NCBI GenBank assembly: GCA_964016885.1
Contig: OZ024743.1
Coordinates: forward strand, 138,880,001-138,944,000
From: Eledone cirrhosa
Lineage: Eukaryota
Reading direction: 5' to 3'
DNA length: 64,000 nt
Made by a program: the position numbers and the translations under genes. Below, in pieces: positions 45,251 to 55,559 of the stretch. How positions within the stretch are numbered: position 1 is the stretch's first letter; each line of letters begins with the position of its first letter. A model generated the notes under the pieces. The model worked only from the letters and a program-made list of their open reading frames with translations. It had not been told where the DNA came from and made no database searches.

Positions 45251-48200
45251 ACCAAGCAGCAAACGCCATACCCCAAACGCCAAGCACCAAACACCGAACA
45301 CCAAGCACCAAGCACCAAACACCAAACACCAAGCACCAAGCACCAAACACCAAACACCAAGCACCAAGCACCAAACACCAAACATCAAGCACCAAGCACC
45401 AAACACCAAACACCAAGCGTCAAGCACCAAACACCAAACACCAAGCACCAAGCACCCAGAACCAAGCACCAAGCACGAAACACCAAACACCAAGCACCAA
45501 GCACCAAACACCAAATACCAAGCACCAAGCACCAAAAACCAAGCACCAAGCTCCAAGCACCAAACACCAAGCACCAAGCACCAAACACCAAACACCAAGC
45601 ACCAACCACCAAACACCAAATACCAAGCACCAAGCACCAGGCACCAAGCACCAAATACCAAGCACCAAGCACCAAGCACCAAACACCAAGCACCAAACAC
45701 CAAGCACCAGACACCAAGCACCAAGCACCAAACACCAAACAGCAAACACCAAACAGCAAACACCAAACACCAAACACCAACCAGCAAACACCAAGCACCA
45801 AGCACTAAACAGCAAACACCAAGCACCAAGCACCAAGCACCAAACACCAAGCACCAAGCACCAAGCACCAAACACCAAGCACCAAGCACCAACCACCAAG
45901 CAGCAAGCACCAAGCACCAAGCACCAAACACCAAGCACCAAGCACCAAACACCAAACACCAAGCACCAATCACCAAACACCAAACACCAAGCACCAAGCA
46001 CCAAACACCAAGCACCAAGCACCAAAGAGAAAAAAACCAAGCACCAAGCATCAAACACCAAACACCAAACACCACACAGTAAACAGCAAACAGCAAACAC
46101 CAAACAGCAAACACCAAATAGCAAACACCAAACAGCAAACACCAAACACCAAACAGCAAACACTAAACACCAAACACCAAGCACCAAGCACCAAGCACCA
46201 AACAACAAGCACCAAGCACCAAGCACCAAGCACCAAACACCAAACACCAATCGCCAAACACCAAACACCAAGCATCAAGCACCAAACACCAAACACCAAG
46301 CACCAAGCTCCAAGCACCAAGCACCAAACACCAAGCACCAAGCACCAATCACCAAACACCAAACACCAGGCACCAAACACCAAACAGCAAACACCAATCA
46401 CCAAACACCAAACACCAAACAGCAAACACCAATCACCAAACAACAAACACCAAACACCAAACAGTAAACACCAAACACCAAACAGCAAACACCAAACACC
46501 AAACACCAAACACCAAACACCAAACACCAAACAAACAGCAAACAGCAAACACCAAACAGCAAACAGCAAACACCAAACACCAAACAACAAACGCCAAACA
46601 GCAAATGCCAGCCACCAGATGCCTAACAGCAAACGCCAAACACCAAACGCCAAACAGCAAACACCAAACACCAAACAGCAAACACCAAACACCAAATAGC
46701 AAACACCAAACAGCAAACACCAAACAACAAACACCAAACAGCAAACACCAAACAGCAAACAGCAAACACCAAACACCAAACACCAAGCACCAAGCACCAA
46801 ACACCAAGCACCAATCAACAAGCACCAATCACCAAGCACCAAGCACTAAACACCAAACACCAAGCACCAAGCACCAAGCACCAAACACCAAGCACAAAGC
46901 ACCAAGCACCAAACGCCAAGCAACAAGCACCAAACACCAAGCACCAAGCACCAAGCACCAAACACCAAGCACCAAAGACCAAGCACCAAATACCAAGCAC
47001 CAAGCACCAAACACCAATCACCAAGCACCAAGCACCAAACACCAAGAACCAAGCACCAATCACTAAACACTAAACACCAAGCACCAAGCACCAAACACAA
47101 ACACCAAGCACTAAGTACCAAACTCCAAACACCAAACACCAAGCACCAAGCACCAAATCCCAAGCACCAAACACCATGCACCATAAAACAAACACCAAAC
47201 ACCAAGCATGAAGCACCAAGCACCAAATACCAAACACCAAACACCAAGCACCACATCAAACACCAAGCACCAAGCACCAATCGCCAAGCACCAAGCACCA
47301 AGCAACAAACACAAAGCACCAAACACCAAGCACCAAGCACCAAGCACCAAACACCAAGCACCAAGCACCCAACACCAAACACCAATCACCAAGCACCAAA
47401 GAGCAAACACCAAGCCCCAAGCACCAAACACCCAACACCAAACACCAAACATCAAACACCAATCACGAATCACCAAACAGCAAACAGCAAACACCAAACA
47501 CCAAACACCAAGCACCAAGCACCAAACACCAAACACCAAGCACTAAGCACCAAACACCAAATACCAAGCACCAAGCACTAAACACGAAACACCAAGCACC
47601 AAGCACCAAGCACCAAGCACCAAACACCAAGCACCAAGCACCAAGCACCAAACACCAAGCACTAAGCACCAAACACCAAACACCAAGCACCAAACACCAA
47701 GCACCAAACACCAAGCACCAAGCACCAAGCACCAGACACCAAGCACCAAGCACCAAACACCAAGCACCAAACACCAAGCACCAAGCACCAAACACCAAAC
47801 ATCAAGCACCAAGCACCAAACACCAAACACCAAGCACCAAACAGCAAACACCAAGCACCAAACACCAAACACCAAGTACCAAGCACCAAACACCAAACAC
47901 CAAGCACCAAACACCAAGCACCAAGCCCCAAGCACCAAACACCAAGCACCAAGCACCAAACACCAAGCACCAAGCACCAAGCACCATACACCAAACACCA
48001 AGCACCAAGCACCAAACAGCAAACACCAAACAGCAAACACCAAACACCAAACACCAACCGGCAAACACCAAACACCAAACACCAAACAGCAAACACCAAA
48101 CAGCAAACGCCAAACAGCAAATGCCAAACCCCAAACGCCAAAAAGCAAACGCCAAGCGCCAAACACCAAACACCAAGCGCCAAGCACCAAACACCAAACA

Positions 48201-51078
48201 CCAAGCACCAAGCACCAAGTACCAAACACCAAGCACCAATCACCAAACACCAAGCACCAAGTGCCAAACACCAAACACCAAACACCTAGCACCAAGTACC
48301 AAGCACCAAACACCAAGCACCAAACACCAGGCACCAAGCACCAAGCACCAAACACCAAGCACCAAACACCAAGCACCAGACACCAAGCACCAAGCTCCAA
48401 GCACCAAGCACCAAAAACCAAGCACCAAGCTCCAAGCACCAAACACCAAGCACCAAACACCAAACACCAAGCACCAAGCACCAAACACCAAGCACCAAGC
48501 GCCAAACACCAAACACCAAGCACCAAGCACCAAATACCAAGCACCAAGCACCAAGCACCAAACACCAAACACCAAACACCAAACACCAAACACCAAGCAC
48601 CAAGCACCAAACACCAAGCACCAAGCACCAAATACCAAGCACCAAGCACCAAGCACCAAACACCAAACACCAAACACCAAACACCAAACACCAAGCACCA
48701 AGCACCAGACACCAAGCACCAAGCACCAAACACCAAGCACCAAACAACAAACACCAAGCACCAAGCACCAAACACCAAGCACCAAGCGCCAAACACCACA
48801 CACCAAGCACCAAATACCAAGCACTAAACACCAAACACCAAGCACCAAGCACCAAACACCAAGCACCAAACACCAAACAGCAAAAACCAAACACCAAACA
48901 CCAAACAGCAAACAGCAAACACCAAACAGCAAACACCAAACAGCAAACACCAAACACCAAACACCAACCAGCAAATACCAAACACCAAACACCAAACGCC
49001 AAACATTAAACGCCAAACACCAAACGCCAAACAGCAAACACCAAACACCAAATGCCAACCAGCAAGCACCAAGCACCAAACACCAAGCACCAAGCACCAA
49101 ACACCAAACACCAAGCACCAAGCACCAAACACCAAACACCAAGCACCAAGCACCAAGCACCAAACACCAAACACCAAACACCAAACAGCAAACACCAAAC
49201 AGCAAACACCAAACAGCAAACACCAAATAGCAAACACCAAACAGCAAACAGCAAACACAAAACACCAAACACCAAGCACCAAGCACCAGACACCAAGCAC
49301 CAAGCAACAAGCACCAATCACCAAGCACCAAGCACTAAACACCAAACACCTAGGACCAAGCACCAAGCACCAAATACCAAGCACCATGCACCAAGCACCA
49401 AACACCAAGCACCAAAGACCAAGCACCAAATACCAAGCACCAAGCACCAAACACCAATCACCAAGTACCAAGCACCAAGTCCCAAGCACCAAACACCAAG
49501 CACCAATCACCAAACACCAAACACCAAGCACCAAGCACCAAACACCAAAAATCAAGCACCAAGCACCAAGCACCAAACACCAAACGCCAAACACAAAATA
49601 CCAAGCACCAAGCACCAAACACCAAGCACCAAGCGCCAAAGACCAAACACCAAAAACCAAGCACAAAACACCAAGCACCAAGCACCGAGCACCAAACACC
49701 AAGTACCAAGCACCAATCACCAAACACCAAGCACCAAGCACCAAACACCAAACACCAAGCACCAAGCACCAAGCACCAAGCATCAAGCACCAAGCACCAA
49801 ACACCAAGCACCAAGCACCAAGCACCAAACACAAAACAACAAGTACCAAGCACCAAACACTTAACACCAAACACCAAGCACCAAGCACCAAACACCAAAC
49901 ACCAAGCACCAAGCACCAGACACCAAGCACCAAGCACCAAGCACCAGACACTAAGCACCAAGCACCAAACACCAAGCACCAAACACCAAGCACCAAGCAC
50001 CAAACACCAAACACCAAGCACCAAGCACTAAACACCAAACACCAAGCACTAAGCACCAAGCACCAAGCACCAAGCACCAAGCACCAAGCACCAAACACAA
50101 AGCACCAAGCACCAAACAGCAAACACCAAGCACCAAACACCCAACCCCAAGCACCAAGCACCAAGCACAAAACACCAAGCACCAAACACCAAGCACCAAG
50201 CCCCAAGCACCAAACACCAAGCACCAAGCACCAAACTCGAAGCACCAGGCACCAAGCACCATACACCAAACACCAAGCACCAAGCACCAAACAGCAAACA
50301 CCAAACAGCAAACACCAAACACCAAACACCAACCAGCAAACACCAAACACCAAACACCAAACAGCAAACACCAAACAGCAAACACCAAACAGCAAACACC
50401 AAACAGCAAACGCCAAAAAGCAAACGCCAATCCCCAAACGCCAAACAGCAAATGCCAAACCCCAAACGCCAAACAGCAAACGCCAAGCGCCAAACACCAA
50501 ACACCAAGCGCCAAGCACCAAACAGCAAACACCAAGCACCAAACACCAAGTACCAAACACCAAACACCAAGCACCAAACACCAAACAGCAAACACCAAAA
50601 AGCAAACACCAAGCCCCATACGCCAAACAGCAAATGCCAAACCCCAAACGCCAAACAGCAAACGCCAATCACCAAACACCAAACACCAAGCGACAAGCAC
50701 CAAACACCAAACACCAAGCACCAAGCACCAAACACCAAACACCAAGCACCAATCACCAGACACCAAACACCAAGCACCAATCACCAAACACCAAGCACCA
50801 AGCGCCAAACACTAAACACCAAACACCTAGCACCAAGCACCAAGCACCAAACACCAAGCACCAAACACCAAGCACCAAGCACCAAGCACCAAACACCAAG
50901 CACCAAACACCAAGCACCAGACACCAAGCACCAAGCACCAAGCACCAAGCACCAAAAACCAAGCACCAAGCTCCAAGCACCAAACGCCAAGCACCAAACA
51001 CCAAGCAGCACCAAGCACCAAACACCAAGCACCAAGCGCCAAACACCAAACACCAAGCACCAATCACCAAATACCAAG

Positions 51079-51106
51079 CACCAAGCACCAAGCTAGGTGC
51101 TTGGTG
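51079..51106. other. Strand-switch (inversion) junction of the satellite, centred at 51092/51093
   Basis: The sequence reads CACCAAG CACCAAG | CTAGGTG CTTGGTG. This is a zero-spacer inverted repeat around AG|CT, with one mismatch (A51095) in the innermost monomer pair. Confidence 0.97.
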
Positions 51107-52419
51107 CTTGGTGCTTGGTGTTTGGTGCTTGGTGCTTGGTGCTTGGTGTTTGGTGCTTGGTGCTTGGTGCTTGCTCTTTGGTGGTTGCTGTTTGGTGCTT
51201 GGTGTTTGGTGCTTGGTGCTTGGTGCTGGGTGGTTGGTGTTTGGTGCTTGGTGCTTGGTGTTTGGTGCTTGGTGCTTGGTGCTTGTTGTTTGGTGCTTGG
51301 TGCTTGGTCTTTGGTGCTTGGTGTTTGGTGTTTGGTGATTGGTGCTTGGTGCTTGGTGCTTGGTGTTTGGTGCTTGGTGCTTGGTGATTAGTGTTTGGTG
51401 CTTGGTGCTTGGGGTTTGGTGTTTTGTGCTTAGTGCTTGGGGTTTGGTGTTTGGTGTTTGCTGTTTGCTGTTTGGTGTCTGCTTTTTGGTATTTGGTGTT
51501 TGCTGTATGGTGTTTGCTGTTTCGTATTTGGTGTTTGCTGTTTGGTGTTTGGTGTTTGGTGTTTGGTGCTTGGTGTTTGGTGCCTGGTGCTTGGTGTTTG
51601 GCGTTTGGTGTTTGGTGTTTGGTGCTTGGTGCCTGGTGCTTGTTGTTTGGTGTTTGGTACTTGGTGCTTGGTGTTTGGTGTTTGGTGTTTGCTGTTTGGT
51701 GTCTGCTTTTTGGTATTTGGTGTTTGCTGTATGGTGTTTGCTGTTTCGTATTTGGTGTTTGCTATTTGGTGTTTGGTGTTTGGTGTTTGGTGCTTGGTGT
51801 TTGGTGCCTGGTGCTTGGTGCTTGGTGTTTGGTGTTTGGTGTTTGGTGCTTGGTGCCTGGTGCTTGTTGTTTGGTGTTTGGTACTTGGTGCTTGGTGTTT
51901 GGTGTTTGGTGCTTGGTGTCTGGTGTTTGGTGCTTGGTGTTTGGTGTTTGGTGCTTGGTGCTTGGTGTTGGTGTTTGGTGTTTGGTGCTTGGTGCTTGGT
52001 GTTTTGTGTTTGGTGCTTAGTGCTTGGTGTTTGGTGTTTGGTGCTTGGTGTTTGGTGTTTGGTGTTTGATGCTTGGTTTTTGCTGCTTGGTGCTTGGTGC
52101 TTGGTGCTTGGTGTTCTGTGTTTGGTGCTTGATGCTTGGTGCCTGGTGCTTGGTGCTTGGTGCTTGTTGTTTGGTGCTTGGTGCTTGGTGATTAGTGTTT
52201 GGTGCTTGGTGCTTGGTGTTTGGTGTTTGGTGTTTCGTGCTTGGTGTCTAGTGTTTGGGTTTTGGTGTTTGGTGCTTGGTGCTTGGTGTTTGGTGTTTGG
52301 TGCTTGGTGCTTGGTGTTTGGTGATTGGTGCTTGGTGTTTGGTGCTTGGTGCTTTGTGCTTGGTGTTTGGTGCTGGGTGCTTGGTGTTTGGTGCTTGGTG
52401 CTTGGTGTTTGGTGTTTGG

Positions 52420-55400
52420 TGCTTGGTACTTGGTGTTTGGTGTGTGATGCTTGGTGTTTGATGCTTGTTGCTTGGTGCTTGGTGTTTTGTGTTTGGTGTT
52501 TGGTGCTTGGTGTATGTACTTGGTGCTTGGTGCTTGGTGTTTGGTCCTTGGTTCTTGGTGTTTGGTGCTTGGTGCTTGGTGCTTGGTGTTTGGTGCTTGG
52601 TGCTTGGTGTTTGGTGCTTGGTGTTTGGTGTTTGGTGCTTGGTGTTTGGTGCTTGGTGCTTGGTGCTTGGTGTTAAGTGTTTGGTGCTTGGTGCTTGGTG
52701 TTTGGTGCTTCGTGCTTGGTGCTTGGTGTTTGGTGCATGGTGCTTGGTGTTTGGGGCTTGGTGCCTGGTGCTTTGTGTTTGGTGCTAGGTGCTTGGTGCT
52801 TGGTCTTTGGTGTTTGGTGCTTGGTGCTTGGTGTTTGGTGCTAGGTGTTTGGTGCTTGGTGTTCGGTGCTTGGTGCTTGGTGCTTGGTGCTTGGTGTTAG
52901 GTTTTTGGTGCTTGGTGCTTGGTGTTTGATGTTTGGTCCTTGGTGCTTGGTGTTTGGTGTTTGGTGCTTGGTGCTTGGTGTTTCGTGTTTGGTGCTTGCT
53001 GCTTGCTGCTTGGTGTTTGGTGCTTGGTGATTGGTGCTTGGTGTTTGGTGCTTGGTGCTTGGTGTTTGGTGTTTCGTGCTATGTGCTTGGTGCTTGGTGC
53101 TTGGTGTTTGGTGCTTGGTGCTTGGTGTTTGGTGTTTGGTGCTTGATGCTTGGGGCCTGGTGTTTGGTGCTTGGTGCTTGGTGCTTGGTGTTTGGTGCTT
53201 GGTGCTTGGTGCTTGGTGTTTGGTGTTTGGTGTTTGGTGCTTGGTGTTTTGTGCTTGGTGCTTGTTGCTGGGTGGTTGGTGTTTGGTGCTTGGTGCTTGG
53301 TGTTTGGTGCTTGGTGCTTGGTGCTTATTGTTTGGTGATTGGTGCTTGGTGCTTGGTGCTTGGTGTTTGGTGTTTGGTGTTTGGTGTTTGGTGCTTGGTG
53401 CTTGGTGCTTGGTGTTTGGTGCTTGGTGTTTGGTGCTTGGTGCTTGGTGCTTGGTTATTAGTGTTTGGTGCTTGGTGCTTGGGGTTTGGTGTTTGGTGCT
53501 TGGTGTTTGGTGTTTGGTGTTTGCTGTATGTTGTTTGCTGTTTCGTGTTTGGTGTTTGCTGTTTGGTGTTTAATGCTTGGTGCTTGGTGCTTGGTGTTTG
53601 GTGCTTGGTGTTTGGTGTTTGGCGTTTGCTGTTTGCTGTTTGGTGTTTGGTGCTTGCTGTTTGGTGCTTGGTGCTTGGTGCTGGTTGGTTGGTGTTTGGT
53701 GCTTGGTGCTTGGTGTTTGGTGCTTGGTGCTTGGTGCTTGTTGTTTGGTGCTTGGTGTTTGGTGTTTGGTGCTTGGTGCTTGGTGCTTGGTGTTTGGTGC
53801 TTGGTGCTTGGTGCTTGGTGTTTGGTGGTTGGTGCTTGGTGATTAGTGTTTGGTGCTTGATGCTTGGGGTTTGGTGTTTTGTGCTTAGTGCTTGGTGTTT
53901 GGTGTTTGCTGTTTGGTGTCTGCTTTTTGGTATTTGGTGTTTGCTGTATGGTGTTTGCTGTTTCGTATTTGGTGTTTGCTGTTTGGTGTTTGTTGTTTGG
54001 TGTTTGGTGCTTGGTGTTTGGTGCTTGGTGCTTGGTGTTTGGCGTTTGGTGCTTGGTGCTTGGTGTTTGGTGCTTGGTGCTTGGTGTTTGGTGTTTGGTG
54101 CTTGGTGTTTGGTGTTTGGTGCTTGGTACTTGGTGTTTGGTGTGTGAAGCTTGGTGATTGATGCTTGTTGCTTGGTGCTTGGTGTTTGCTGTTTGGTGTT
54201 TGGTGCTTGGTGTATGTACTTGGTGCTTGGTGCTTGGTGTTTGGTGCTTGGTTCTTGGTGTTTGGTGCTTGGTGCTTGGTGCTTGGTGTTTGGTGCTTGG
54301 TGCTTGGTGTTTGGTGCTTGGTGTTTGGTGTTTGGTGCTTGGTGTTTGGTGCTTGGTGCCTGTTGCTTGGTGTTAAGTGTTTGGTGCTTGGTGCTTGGTG
54401 TTTGGTGCTTCGTGCTTGGTGCTTGGTGTTTGGTGCTAGGTGTTTGGTGCTTGGTGTTCGGTGCTTGGTGCTTGGTGCTTGGTGCTTGGTGTTAGGTGTT
54501 TGGTGCTTGGTGCTTGGTGTTTGATGTTTGGTCCTTGGTGCTTGGTGTTTGGTGTTTGGTGCTTGGTGCTTGGTGTTTCGTGTTTGGTGCTTGCTGCTTG
54601 CTGCTTGGTGTTTGGTGCTTGGTGATTGGTGCTTGGTGCTTGGTGCTTGGTGCTTGGTGTTTGGTGCTTGGTGCTTGGTGTTTGGTGTTTGGTGCTTGGT
54701 GCTTGGGGCTTGGTGTTTGGTGCTTGGTGTTTGGTGCTTGGTGTTTGGTGCTTGGTGCTTGGTGCTTGGTGTTTGGTGTTTGGTGTTTGGTGCTTGGTGT
54801 TTTGTGCTTGGTGCTTGTTGCTGGGTGGTTGGTGTTTGGTGCTTGTTGCTTGGTGTTTGGTGCTTGGTGCTTGGTGCTTATTGTTTGGTGATTGGTGCTT
54901 GGTGCTTGGTGCTTGGTGTTTGGTGCTTGGTGCTTGGTGCTTGGTGTTTGGTGCTTGGTGCTTGGTGCTTGGTTATTAGTGTTTGGTGCTTGGTGCTTGG
55001 GGTTTGGTGTTTGGTGCTTGGTGTTTGGTGTTTGGTGTTTGCTTTATGGTGTTTGCTGTTTCGTGTTTGGTGTTTGCTGTTTGGTGTTTAATGCTTGGTG
55101 CTTGGTGCTTGGTGTTTGGTGCTTGGTGCTTGGTGTTTGGAGTTTGCTGTTTGCTGTTTGGTGTTTGGTGCTTGCTGTATGGTGCTTGGTGCTTGGTGCT
55201 GGTTGGTTGGTGTTTTGTGCTTGGTGCTTGGTGTTTGGTGCTTGGTGCTTGGTGCTTGTTGTTTGGTGCTTGGTGCTTGGTCTTTGGTGCTTGGTGTTTG
55301 GTGTTTGGTGCTTGGTGCTTGGTGCTTGGTGTTTGGTGCTTGGTGCTTGGTGCTTGGTGTTTGGTGGTTGGTGCTTGGTGATTAGTGTTTGGTGCTTGAT

Positions 55401-55550
55401 GCTTGGGGTTTGGTGTTTTGTGCTTAGTGCTTGGTGTTTGGTGTTTGCTGTTTGGTGTCTGCTTTTTGGTATTTGGTGTTTGCTGTAAGGTGTTTGCTGT
55501 TTCGTATTTGGTGTTTGCTGTTTGGTGTTTAGTGTTTGGTGTTTGGTGTT
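52420..55550 (-). repeat. Right-arm tandem duplication of a ~1.5-1.7 kb unit
   Basis: TGTGTGA at 52441/54141 (offset 1700). ORF pairs 52845/54440 (1595), 53465/54983 (1518) and 53864/55403 (1539). The offsets differ by multiples of 7. Confidence 0.85.
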
Positions 55551-55559
55551 TGGTGCTTG

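Larger units (their letters stand above)
1..51092 (+). repeat. Heptamer tandem satellite array, left arm, (CACCAAR)n, about 7,300 monomers, open at the window start
   Basis: Uninterrupted 7-bp periodicity. CACCAAA and CACCAAG dominate. Recurrent variants include CAGCAAA, CGCCAAA/G, CACCAAT, CCCCAAG, CACCTAG, TACCAAG, CTCCAAA, CACTAAA, GAGCAAA and CACGAAA. The + strand is almost devoid of T. Confidence 0.99.

Noticed and set aside
46024-46040. A-rich stretch AAAGAGAAAAAAACC as a retroelement poly(A) remnant
   Set aside because: It is too short, explainable as two mutated monomers, and has no element body or distinguishable target-site duplication.
51079-51106. Junction as a fold-back read chimera, an intrinsic terminator or a telomere fusion
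   Set aside because: The arms do not mirror each other's variant order, there is no gene or U-tract context, and the orientation is opposite to a telomere-telomere fusion. A misassembly still cannot be excluded without reads.
49386-51338. ORF crossing the junction, resembling a hydrophilic domain plus a transmembrane tail
   Set aside because: It is simply the reading frame running through the inversion, with the two repeat peptides joined.
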